DNA of 64,000 nt from Sphyrna mokarran (taxonomy: Eukaryota). Both the position numbers and the translations under genes were made by a program. The stretch is from the NCBI GenBank assembly GCA_024679065.1, contig JAGIQG010000003.1, forward strand, positions 40,362,001 to 40,426,000, in the 5' to 3' direction. This document shows positions 13,320 through 25,087 of the stretch, one piece after another; position 1 is the stretch's first letter; each line of letters begins with the position of its first letter. Under the pieces are notes generated by a model, which made no database searches, was not told where the DNA came from, and saw nothing but the letters and a program-made list of their open reading frames with translations.

Positions 13320-13552
13320 ACCTTGGCTCAGTCATAGCAGTTTCATCAATCAGCCCCATTCCAGAGACGTGTCAGATATATTGCCATTGTGGTCCCCAGT
13401 GCTAGCTCTATTTGGTATTGAAGAAGATCAGTGCCATCTTATAGATGACATTTTAAACCTTATCTTGTCTTGCCTTCTCAGTGAGATGTAAAAGTTTCCA
13501 TTGCAATGTTCAAAGAAGAACAGGGAATTAGTGTCCATGGTAGCATTTATAT
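13320..13552 (+). mobile_element. Degenerate DeuSINE (SacSINE1/AmnSINE-like)
   Basis: ccttggctcagt head; ccatctt..agatga...ttaaacc...ctctcag..gatgtaaaag...gaagaacaggg Deu-domain-like core. Confidence 0.6.
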
Positions 13553-14228
13553 TAAAATATTCATACAATTTGACCTTCCATGAATCATAAAACTTGCTTT
13601 ATCTTTCAAGAAGAGCAACAGAAAGTGGAAATACATTTTCACACTAGTGTCCAGCATGGTCACCATGGGCCATGACTTTTACCATCTTCAGACTGGCTAT
13701 GCTCCTTTTTCTGAAATGGCATAATTGTGTTGTCATTTTCAGCACCTGAAAGAATGGGACAAGGGATGACTATTAGGGTGAAGGGAGAGCAGAGAGAAGT
13801 TAGTGGTTGCAAAATGCAGCTGCAGTTTGTTGTGTGCGTGTACGCCCAACTTGCTGCATGCTGCAACAGTGCACATGTGATCAGCAGTACAGTTAGTGCT
13901 GACTAATAATCATGCTTTTAATAAAAGCATGGGAACTTGGGCTTTAATGGATAGAGGCATAGAATACAAAATCCTCATGTGTAAGATGACTGCAAGCATT
14001 TAGACTTAGTGTTGTTAATATCAGCTGTGACTGATGTGAGGGTAGATCACTAACTTGGGCAATGCTGGTCCTAGCAACAGAATGAGAGTGAGCTCATTCT
14101 GAAAAGTGGCATTGGATAAAAACATACCACCATCCACAATATTCTCAGCAGCATTGGATGTCAAATGCCACTTTGTAGGTGGCTAAGGATACCAAAGTAG
14201 AGCTCAGGAGGTGTGAGCATCCTAGTCC

Positions 14229-14475
14229 ACACCAGTTCTGTTCTGCTCCCTTCTATTTCATATTATCTTGTCCTGCGAAAGAGGAGACAGCATGTCAGCA
14301 TGCTAACACTGTCTCTTTAAGGAGATAATACTTTGGGGACAACATTATCACATCAGAAACTTGGAGAGGCCACATGGGAAGCCGAGCCAATCAGGAGCAA
14401 GTGCACATGTCCTGGGACAGTGAGGAACCTGAGTTGGAACCAGAGAAGAGAAAAGAATAGATGCATATCACAGTT
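14229..14475 (-). repeat. Right arm of a 247-bp inverted repeat
   Basis: Reverse complement of 12939-13185 (~93% identical). Confidence 0.95.
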
Positions 14476-15344
14476 CTGTCAGACTTTTATCTTGTATATA
14501 TTTACCGCAGGTTAGCAGAGGACTCAGATAAATATGGTAACTAATGAAAAACATAGAGTGACGATGTGGAGAAATGTTATTACACAGCAAGTTGTTGTCA
14601 TCTGGAATGCATTGCTTGAAAGGATAGTGAAAGCAGATCCCATAATAAATTTGGAAATCAAATATGATATTTACTTACAAGGGAAATAAAATTGCAGGGG
14701 AAAGAGCAAGAGAGTGGGACTAATTGGATAGCTTTTTGAGAGATATATTTTAGTCATCTTTCCTTTTGAACAGAAAATCCTCTTTCACGTTCTCTACCAA
14801 CACTAGTCTTTTTTGATAAGGAAGCCAGTGGATTTTGAATTTATCTCTTATTGTATTGCATTGACTTTGTGGAAGATTAGATGAATGAAAAATAACAGAA
14901 ATGTAGTGTTTATTCCTAACTCTGTTTTACTTATGTAACTGCAAGCATTTTTCATTAAGCTGTTTTTCTGCACATTATCATTAAGGCAGATTAAGGTAAA
15001 GAGACTAAACTGACAAATAAATCTCACACATTGCATCAGGAGCTTTCAAATAGAGCAAAATCCGTTTACTTGTAGAAACGGGTCACACTGTAGTGTTATA
15101 CATATGGTTAGAAACATCAATGTTAGCAAAAAATCTCGTGGCATTGCATTGATTTACTGTTACTTCAAACAATATAGTGCTCTGCTCAAAAATAGACTGC
15201 ACTGTTGCTATCAATAAATTATGCTGTTATTGTTTCTCAATGGAAATAACTTGGGAATTGTATAGAAAAGGAGGAAGATGGTACAAGTTCAATGAAGTTG
15301 GAATTCAAGTAACCCTGACATAGCTGAGAGGAGCATTTTGTTTT

Positions 15345-15660
15345 TAGAATCCCTACAATGCAGAAGGAAACCATTTGGCACATTGAGTCTGCACTGACTC
15401 AGCATTTTACTATGTCCACTCTCTGCCCTATCCCCTTACTCCCATATATTTATCCCCCACTAATCCCCTGAACCTATACATCTTCGAATGCTAAGGGCCA
15501 ATTCATGTAACCTGATATCTTTGGAGTGTGAGAGGCACTGGAATACCTGGGGGAAACACACACAAACACGGGACGAGTGTGCAAACTCTACACAATCATC
15601 CAAAACCTGGATCTCTGGCATGGTGAGGCAGCAGTTCTAACCACTGTGCCACCATGCTGC
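15345..15660 (-). mobile_element. HE1-type V-SINE
   Basis: tagaatccctaca tail and gtgaggcagcagttctaaccactgtgccaccatgctgc head (reverse). Confidence 0.9.
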
Positions 15661-16280
15661 CGCAACTTCTTCACCTTTGGGATAGTTTTTCTATCCCAAA
15701 GGTAGCACACATGCTGAATAAACTTTATTGGTTTGTGCTTTTGCATGTTAATGCCAATGACTTGATCATTTTCTTTTAAAATTACTCCTGTTTTTCTAGT
15801 TGCTCTTTTAGCTTTAAGGGAGTTTTGCTTTAAAGGCTTTCTTAATGAGTAATTAACGGGTACAAGCAATTTTGTTTTGTAGTAACTTTCTTCCCACATG
15901 CGTTCTTTAAAATTGAAATAAGCATCAATGCATTGATGTTGCTATTAGTAAGCAATGTTATAACATTGCAAGGTTCAAAGAGGAGGAAGAGTGGGAAATA
16001 TTTTGTTGAATGTGGTACAACCTTGCAGTGCACAAAGCGGCATGGATGGATAGAATAGCAGGGACAGCAGGAGAGAACAGCTGAGTAAGTTAGAAGGCAC
16101 AAGGAGCAGAACATTTGAATTTGCCTATGCCTGACATAGCTGCAGCTGCAGTAGTTATCCTATCTGAATCTTAGTAAAGTACAGTGTGTTCAAAAGCTTC
16201 ATTGGGGATGCAATCTGTAAACTATGTTATTTCCTGGAAGCAGATCTGTAAATGGTAAGTAAACATGGGCATAGAGTTCT

Positions 16281-16590
16281 GGAACAATGAACAAAGAAAA
16301 CTACAGCCCTTCGGCCATCCAAGCCTGCACCAACCATGCTGCCAGACTGAGCTAAAACCCCCTATGCTTCCGGGGGCCATATTCACGTATATATCAGCTG
16401 CCCTTGTAAGTCAGTATTATATCTGCTTCCTCTACCTCCCCCAGCAGCGAGTTCCAGGCACCCACCACCCAATTTGCAAAAAAACTTGCTTCGTTCATCT
16501 CTTTTAAACATTGTCCCTCGCAACTTAAACCTATGCCCACTTTGTGATTGACTCTTTCACCTGGGAAAAGTTTCTGACTATCCAAGTTAA
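16281..16590 (-). mobile_element. CR1 LINE 3' fragment
   Basis: gaacaatgaacaaagaa tail; FFANWVVGAWNSL translation. Confidence 0.75.
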
Positions 16591-17144
16591 TGTTTGCTTT
16601 CCAGGGAGAGTTCAAAATGCACACATCATGATGTGATCTGGTTTGATCTAACTAATCTTCCAAAAAAACTGAATGGAAGATTGGAAGACCTGGGATGGTC
16701 ACTGAAAACAGAACTAATAGAATGCATGTCCTTCAAATTGCATATTAAACAACCTACATTTACAAAGCATAAGTTTAATGAGATGGATTTTCAACCTGTC
16801 ATCTGACTGCAAAATTGCCCCTATATATGGCTGCCAGTTCCTGTTGATGGTTCAAAACTTGTGTTGCCAATATAAATAGATTTCTTTCTCTGCTATCTCT
16901 ATGATTTTTCCTGGCCAAAATCTTCAGTGTAGTTTTCTTTGCAATTTAATGATAGTGAATGGCTACAATTGTTCTAGTGTTATTGTTGTGTAAGAATATT
17001 TATATAGAATGTGATAATGTGAGAGACTGGAATCCTTTTATACATTGCATGATATATGGCCTTGTTTGCTACTCTGAAATGTACCTTCATAGAAGAATTG
17101 AAGGAAAGTCTCCTACAGACCTTCCTATAAAGCGCCTTGGATCA

Positions 17145-17350
17145 TTCCTTTACTCAGAGAGTGATAAGAGCGTGGAATGCCCTGCCTGCAACAGTAGTGG
17201 ATTCACCAACATTAAGGGCATTTAAATGTTCATTAGATAAACATATAGATGATATTGGAATAGTGTACGTTAGATGGGCTTTAGATTGGTTTTATAGGTC
17301 AGCACAACATCAAGGGCTGAACGGCCTGTACTGCTATGTTCTATGTTCTA
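17145..17350 (+). mobile_element. CR1 LINE extreme 3' fragment
   Basis: FTQRVIRAWNALPATVVDSPTLRAFKCSLDKHI; (ctatgtt)n tail. Confidence 0.85.
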
Positions 17351-18820
17351 TTTTATTGCATTGACTATAAATATGAGTTGTTGGTGTTGATTTCAAAAGC
17401 TGGTCAGATATATACTGGTCAAATATCCTGAAATGGACACCAGGATTAACCTGCCCTGCTCTGGTTATGCATGCTACAAATATCTGATATATGCTGGTAA
17501 GTGATCCATGCCATCTTTCTGCATGAGTTCTAGATTTGGAGACTGAATCTCAAAGTTGGCCAATGATCTCTGTAAGCAGAAATCAATGTACTGCTGCAAG
17601 GATTTCAAATTTCTCCCTCATGTTAATCTCTACTGTAATAAGCATGTTAAAGTCAGCCTTAGTTACTTCATGTGTTTTGGACTTCAATACCAGATTAGCA
17701 GCAGCAAGAATGCCCCTGAGAGATATCTCACAACTGACAATTCATCCGTATGTCTGAGATCTGCTTGCAGCTGCCACTTCTGCAGAGCAGGCGAGTACTG
17801 CTCAATAACTTTGCAGGACTGGGTGGTAGAATTTGCAACATTACCCAGGACAGTTCTATTTTCTTTTGTCAGAAAATGAATTTTGTGCTCACAGTTTGAT
17901 GCAAATTAAATCTAATATAATCCACTAATACTCATAAAATAAGCAGATTTTCCCAGGAGCCCAGAATCAGAAAGCAACTCAACAGGGCTCATTGATTATG
18001 CAATTTTGCCTTTTCGTCTCTCCACTTAGCTCTCTTTTAGCTATGATCTGTGATCGACCCTAGAATCCCTTCTCAAATTCACTAATAACCTCTGAAGCAT
18101 GCACCTCTAAGCTGGCGTCTACTTTGTGATAGCTATGATACAGATGCTGAAATGAGTATTATCATCTAAAATACAGGTCTCCTCTTCCTTGGCTTCTATC
18201 TTTTCTGTGAAGTGAACGATGGAACCTAATGAGCAGATTGTTTGCATTTTGCTGCTGTACTGAAAGTAAATGATGGGTTATGCAGTTGAGCTTAAACACT
18301 ACTTTCAAGCTGATCAAAGTTAACGGCACAGGGTGTCTGTTTGGTTATCTATGAACAAGCCAGAAGAATTGCCATCTCCGTAAACTTGAGCATTTCCTAC
18401 AATTGTACTTCCAGGTCTACGATGCCCTTTGTAGATAAGAGTAGGCCACCTATTGAAAGGAGCCTTTCTCGTACAGTGTGAAAGTATGCATTGCATCAAA
18501 GAAAATTCTGCAATTGTGTATTGCCAGGGATGATAGAATAACGTATGAAGTTGGCCGAACACGAAGAAGCAGATTTATGACGTTCTTATCGTCAATTCTA
18601 TCTGTGCAGAAGGATCATCAGTCATCAGCCCTGCCTGCTGCAATTTTGCAGGTTTTGCCTTTGTGCTCTATTCTAATACTTCCAAATTGTTTTCATTACT
18701 TCTCTTAGTGCAGTGTTGTTAGATAATGTTGGTTTAATTCTTTGACGAACTTATTCAGGCAAATACACATGACACTATAATTGTATAGAGATATGAGGGC
18801 AGAGGTTGTGCAGACTTATT

Positions 18821-18988
18821 ATGGTGTGGAGATGCTGGCATCAGACTGGGGTGGGCACAGTAAGAAGTTTCACAACTTTTGGAGTGCTGCTTCTGATCAA
18901 ATTCTCACCTGATGAAGGAACAGTGCTCCGAAAGCTCTTGATTCCAAAATAAATCTGTTGGACTGATGTTGTGTGATTTCTTACTGTG
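18821..18988 (+). mobile_element. Penelope-like non-autonomous element with hammerhead-like core
   Basis: CTGATGA (18909-18915), ggaac/gctcc stem, GAAA (18930-18933); internal inverted repeat 18856-18876/18968-18988; flanking gacttat direct repeat. Confidence 0.7.
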
Positions 18989-19493
18989 ACTTATCTTAGT
19001 GCACTTTATTCAAAATCAGCCAAACTATTGTTAAAGATCACAGAATTTTAAATATAGAATACATTCAATGCACTTAAATTTCCCTTCCTTTATCTGTCTT
19101 CCCTAGCTTCATTTTGCAATAATTTACATCGCAGCAAGACTGTTGAGTGCAGCTTTGCTTTAAGCTACAACCTGCCTTTAGGAAGAGCAGGCTGACTGTG
19201 CTACGTGATCTGCTAATAATCCTTCTGAACCCCCCTACACACATGCTGTAGGCAGCGTTCAGGAGGAGACAGCAACATTGGAGCTGCACAGGTCAATTCC
19301 ACAGTCATTCAGATGATGTGGGGGACACATCTTTTATTCAAAGTATTGCCCACTTTGATCTATACAGCCATGGGCAGGTCACAGATTGTGACCCCATGTC
19401 CAAACTCCAGTCTCTTTGATTTTATAAAATCAAGAGCAGAGCATAAGAATGCAGAATAAATGCTGACCTGAATGAATCATTGGTTAGAAAGTA

Positions 19494-21150
19494 GGGGAAC
19501 ATTTTCCAAGCATCTGCTTCTTGCTGGAAACCTTTCCTGCCACCAGCACATAGCATGAAAATGTACACATGGAGAGAAGCTGATTCCAGACCGCTCATTG
19601 TGCTGCTTATGTTAATGATATCTGTGGCCAGTTAGCTTTACCTGCAGTATGCATTGGCTGGACACTGCAACAGATGACTGTGAATGTTAACTATCACTTC
19701 AAACTAACTGCCGGATCTTGAAGCTGGAGCAGGTACTGGGACTCATGTTAATGAGTATATAACATGGAAGAGAGGGAGGAATGGAACATCAGGGGACAAA
19801 ATAGAGTTTAAGATTTTCAGATGCAAATAAGAGACCTAGGTCAATAATGCATCTTCAAATGCCAGGTCTTACCAACTGCACCAGTAGTCTCAGCCACTGC
19901 TCAAATCATAGCATCCCCATCACTCATCTATAATAAGAAGTATCAGGCTTCATATCAAACATTTCTATTTCTCCTCACTATTACAGACTTAACACTGATA
20001 CAAACCCCAAACCCACGTCTCACAGTTTGCACAGACTATCATCTGTTCAGCCATGGTTTCCTCACCAAGCAAACAGCTCACACAATGTTCATTAAGACAC
20101 CTTCCTCTCTCTTTTTCAGGACAAGATGGCAGCAGGAGTTACCCAGAGGGGATGAGTGTGCTTGCATGTACTTAACCAGTTGAAAGATATGGTGTTGGCC
20201 ATTATTGGGATGCCTTGTTATGATTAGTGGCAGGCTGAACCAATCAAAGAAGAAGGTATTCTCTGAGTTGCTCTGCAATTTCTGGGGTTAGCTAAGATGT
20301 GGGGTGCTGGTATTGGTGACAGCATGTGAGTGGAGGGGTGTGATGATGATGGCAGGGGAAGGCCTGTCTGATTGTACCTGGAACAGAATGGAATTCCATT
20401 CCAGTTGATGTAGAATGAGATAATTATATCTTCGATTTTTTTTTCTCTCATAAGTCAGGTAGATACTGTTTGCAAAAGTACTGGGTGAGGCTGATAAGAC
20501 TGATTAATTGACCTAGTGCCACTTCTCACAAGGTGAGAAAGCAAGAAGATACAGAATTTGGGAAAAGGCATTGCCTTTTTTAACTCTTGAAAATTCAAAG
20601 GCAACACAGACCTCAGGTGGAACTTTACAAGGCAGCTGAAGGCAAAATCAGTGGTGGGTTGGTTGGAGCAATTGCTAAAAAAAATGGCAGTAACAAGATG
20701 GATCCACAAGATTGCAAATGGAGTTAACCAACAATTCCATACTAGGAAGAATGAATTTCAAGCAGTGCATAAAGTCTTGAACAAAATTAGTGTTGGACTC
20801 CTCTATGTTCCTTGACATTTTCTGCAGGCTTTCTGATAGGCTTTCATTCTGTTGTGCATTCCCATCAGCCGCCTTCTGATGAGTTAGCCAATCAAAATCC
20901 TCATCCGAGTCCTCTGCAGTAGAAGCACCCATGAGAAAAAGAAGAAAACTGACCCATAAATTCAGCATCAAACATGTTTGGATGATGTTTGCTCGCAATG
21001 TTTAAATGTATCTTGACAAGTATTGTATTCATTGTATGGATTTGAAAAACTGTGAAAAGGAAGTCATTGTCTATCAAGCAAATTCTAAACAGGCAAATAT
21101 GAAAGCTGGTTTTCTTCCTGCCAATCTAAGAAATGAATGCACAGGAAAGT
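19494..21150. mobile_element. Highly degenerate Harbinger-like element (Myb/SANT ORF remnants)
   Basis: gggg..cattttcc start; ttttcag|gacaagatggca acceptor and LKDMVLAIIG-like segment near 20110-20210. Confidence 0.35.
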
Positions 21151-22239
21151 TATGGTGTTTACAACAAATAGTTAATTTTGCATAATCTTGTGAGGGAACA
21201 AGGCATTCGTGTAATTCATGTCATTACGATTGCACACATATACAGACAAGCGTTAGAGGAATGCTATAGGGCCAGAATTCCTTATAGGATTGTGATGACA
21301 TTGAAAAGCCTTTTCCACATTTTTGAATTGCTAATACGGTTGAAGAAGTGTTGCTTATGTGGATTTATATTTGTAAAGAGGAGTCAATGTAGCATGAGGT
21401 AGATCAAGGGAGATAATTTTCAGGTCCTGGTTGGATTTCATAATGAGACAAAGTACATCCTTTGTTGTTGGATTATGGATCTGATAATGTGTTTTGTGCA
21501 TTTGTTTTGCAGCACATTGTGTCAGCTTCCTGCACTATTCAGGGCCGAGACCTCAGGAGTATCTGATGCATATACTGCTGTATTATGTAATGTAGAAATG
21601 CCTCAAGTGCTTGAAACCGGTACATGAACTGTGCACCAGGTTCACAGAGCCCAGATTCTCATTTAATTCCCATAAAATGAGTGGAGCATCTGAGTAGCCT
21701 TTCATGGTTAAGTTCTGTTACAAAACAAGCTTCATAAGGCAGGCTGTACTGTTCAGTTGCGTCCTTGCCCTTAAAAGAAGTTCTAGTAAATGTTTGGAAA
21801 CTCTGGATTGAATTTTCCATTTATGTGACTAAGTACGGCAGTGGGCGGTTTTGGTGGTGCCCACCTCGCTAGCCAAAATAAAATTCACACCCATTTCTGT
21901 GCCTGGAAGCTCATTATTTATACACAGACGATTATTGGATTCAGTCAACTGGTGGGTCAGGAGCTGATTTGCCTGCTGGCTATCAGTTGGCAGGATCGAA
22001 AATTAGGGCAATATTTAAATGCCTGTCCAACATATACACCTCTCTACGGCCCACCCTGATTTCAGGAGACTGTCACAGATGTATGGCAACTAGAAGAATG
22101 AGGCTTGCAGCCACAAGAAGAAAGCAGCAGCTCACTTCACCCACTATGCCTTCAAAGCCATGAATGCAATTCCCTTCGGTATCAAACTCTATCATGGCAT
22201 CATGTACTCAAATAGCTGCTCTCTTCACGTATCTTCTAC

Positions 22240-22370
22240 TTCCATTGAGATTGCAGACTGGGGTAGGGATAGCCGATATCATTGCTTTCACTGAGTTTGA
22301 GGAGGCTGCAGTTAAACTTACTGGGGTGATCATGGATTACCCCAGTGGGGAAGAAGAGATTGGCCTCTTC
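22240..22370 (+). pseudogene. Harbinger Myb/SANT-like protein remnant
   Basis: RLQTGVGIADIIAFTEFEEAAVKLTG resembles the R..TGGG...I..LT..EE.AL...G motif. Confidence 0.6.
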
Positions 22371-22410
22371 CAATAATCTCATATTGAACACAACTTCACC
22401 TTTGCATCAA

Positions 22411-22787
22411 TTTTTATGGGATTTGAGCATCACCAGCTGGGTGAGCATTTATTGCCCATCCCTAATTCCCTTGAACTGAGTGATTTGCTGGGCCATTTCA
22501 GCAGGCATTTAAAAGTCAGCCACGTTTCTGTGGGTCTGGAGTCACATGGAGGCCATACCAGGTAAGGATAGCAGATTTCCTTCCCTAAAGGACATCAGTG
22601 AACAAATTGGGTTTTTGCAACCATAGACCATGGTTTCATGATCATCTTTAAACTTTTAATTCTGTATTTATATTAAATTCAAATTCCACCATCTGCTGTG
22701 GTGGGATTTGACCTTGGTTCCCCAAAGCTTTACCTTAGGTCTCTGGATTACTAGATCAGCAACAGTTCCTCTATACAACTGCTTTCC
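22411..22787 (-). mobile_element. tRNA-derived shark SINE (possibly MetaSINE-type)
   Basis: gcatttattgcccatccctaatt ... gtctggagtcacat ... gcagatttccttccctaaaggacat ... gtggtgggatttga. Confidence 0.8.
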
Positions 22788-23104
22788 ATTGGAGGATAAT
22801 CACAGTGAGTCACATGCTATCTTATATAGCTCTTCAATTGAAAGTCTATTCCTTATTTTCTAGGCACCAACAGATTCAGACCCACAAGGCAGCTGATCAC
22901 CAGATCAAGCTTGCAGACCACATCTGAAGCAGAAGCTCTGAAAGTAATGTCATAAACTCACCTTCCACAACATCTCAGTGGGATGTAGCTCTAGATTAAA
23001 TTCCAGATAAGACTCGGGTTCACTTTTCAGAGAAACCTCATTAACTTGCTTTACACCTGTTAGGCGTAAAGACTCACATTCTAATTAGTAATCTGTAAAC
23101 TGTC

Positions 23105-23271
23105 TGTGCTGTTATATGCTCTGTCTGAGGCCAGAACTCTCCATTCGCCTGACAAAGGGGCAAATCCCGAAAGCTTGCAAGTTGACTATCAAATAAATTG
23201 GTTAGACTTAAACCTGGTGTTGTCAGACTTCTTACTGTGCTTACCCCAGTCCGACGTCGTATCTCCACATC
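23105..23271 (+). mobile_element. Penelope-like short element with degenerate hammerhead core
   Basis: cctgacaaagggg..atcccgaaagc followed by aacctggtgttgtcagacttcttactgtgcttaccccagtcc..atctccacatc. Confidence 0.65.
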
Positions 23272-23443
23272 AGGAGGAATATCAGGCAGAGATTCAACAC
23301 TCATTCAATGGACTAGAGTGCACCGTGGAGGACTCCGTCCATGTTCTGTCTAATTTTGCGGCTCCGAGATGCGAGGGGCTTAAGGTCACCATGGGAAAGT
23401 TGGTGATCATTATAGATCACTGATTATAGATCATTATAGATCA

Positions 23444-25087
23444 GTGCTGTGGAGAGCACTGAGGTACAGGGTTGCAAATTGGGGAGTATTGTAGTAGATA
23501 GGGAGGATGTGTTAGAAATTCTCGAGGGTTTGAAGTTGGATAAGTCCCCTGGGCCGGACGGGATTTACCCTAGGATTCTATGGGAGGCAAGAGAGGAGAT
23601 TGCAGAGCCTCTGGCTCTGATCTTCAGGTCCTCGTTGGTTACGGGTGTGGTTCCGGAGGACTGGAGGATGGCGAATGTGGTCCCATTGTTTAAGAAGGGG
23701 AAGAGAGACCTTACTGGGAATTATAGGCCAGTGAGTCTTACTTCTGTGGTGGGCAAGGTATTGGAGAGAATTATTAGGGATAGGATTTATAGTTATTTAG
23801 AGAGAAATGAATTGATTGGGGATAGTCAGCATGGTTTTGTGAAGGGTAGGTCATGCCTTACTAACCTCATTGAGTTTTTTGAGAAGGTGACCAGAGAGGG
23901 GGATGGGGGTAAGGCGGTTGATGTAGTATATATGGACTTTAGTAAGGCTTTTGATAAGGTGGCCCATGGAAGACTTCTAAAGAAAATGCAGATGTGTGGA
24001 ATAGAGGGTGATTTAGCTAATTGGATTAGAAATTGGCTGGCAGATAGAAGACAGAGGGGGGTGGTTGATGGGAGATTTTCTTCGTGGAGTTCGGTGACGA
24101 GTGGTGTGCCTCAGGGGTCTGTTTTGGGGCCCCTGCTGTTTGTGATTTTTATAAATGATCTGGATGAGGGTCTTGAGGGATGGATCAGTAAATTTGCAGA
24201 TGATACTAAAGTTGGTGGTGTGGTAGATAGTGAAGAGGGGTGTTTTAGTTTACAGAGTGACTTGGACAAGTTGCAGAGCTGGGCCGAGAGGTTGCAAATG
24301 GAGTTTAATGTGGAAAAGTGTGAGGTAATGCACTTTGGCAGGAACAATAAATGTGTAGAGTATAGGGCTAATGGTAGGGCTCTTAATAGTGTTGAGGAAC
24401 AGAAGGATCTTGGTGTATGTGTCAATAGATCCCTGAAAGTAGGCAGTCAAGTGGATAAAGTTGTTACGAAGGCTTATGGAGTCTTAGCTTTTATTGGTAG
24501 GGGGATTGAATTTAGGAGCCGCAGCATCATGTTGCAGCTGTACAAAACTCTAGTGCGGCCGCACTTGAGTATTGTGTGCAGTTCTGGTCGCCACATTATA
24601 AGAAAGATGTGGAGGCATTGGAGAGGGTACAGAGGAGGTTTACTAGGATGTTGCCTGGTATGGAGGTCAGGTCCTATGAAGAGAGGTTGAAGGATTTGAG
24701 GTTGTTTTCGTTAGAAAGGAGGCGGCTAAGGGGGGATCTTATTGAAGCATATAAGATAATTAGATGTTTGGATAGGGTGGACAGTGATAGCCTTTTTCCT
24801 AGGATGGAGAAAGCTAGCACGAGGGGACACAACTTTAAATTAAGGGTATGAGTTATAGGACGGATATCAGAGGTAGGTTCTTTACTCAAAGAGTGATTAG
24901 GGAGTGGAATGCCCTGCCTGCAGCTGTTGTAGATGCGCCAAGTTTGGTGCGTTTAAGAGGTTAGTTGATAAGTATATGGAAGAGAAGGGAATGGTTTAGT
25001 TTGGAGGGGCATTGCTTGTTATTTTGGTCGGCACAACATCGAAGGCCGAAGGGCCTGTTCTGTGCTGTATTGTTCTATGTTCTATAG
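23444..25087 (+). mobile_element. Young 5'-truncated CR1/HER1 LINE
   Basis: Near-intact ORF2 C-terminal half, retained CpGs, 3' hairpin and (ttctatg)n tail; tataga target duplication. Confidence 0.95.
23449..24999 (+). pseudogene. CR1 ORF2 reverse transcriptase (5'-truncated; three 1-bp frameshifts)
   Basis: KSPGPDGIYP, NYRPVSLTS, QHGF..GRSCLTNL, DFSKAFD, GVPQGSVLGP, KFADDTK motifs; no in-frame stops; single-G losses at ~24567, ~24845, ~24946. Confidence 0.95.

Noticed and set aside
23449-24690. 413-aa reverse transcriptase ORF as a host gene or novel RT system
   Set aside because: It is a 5'-truncated CR1 ORF2 with a LINE tail and TSD, and it lacks the endonuclease and a true start
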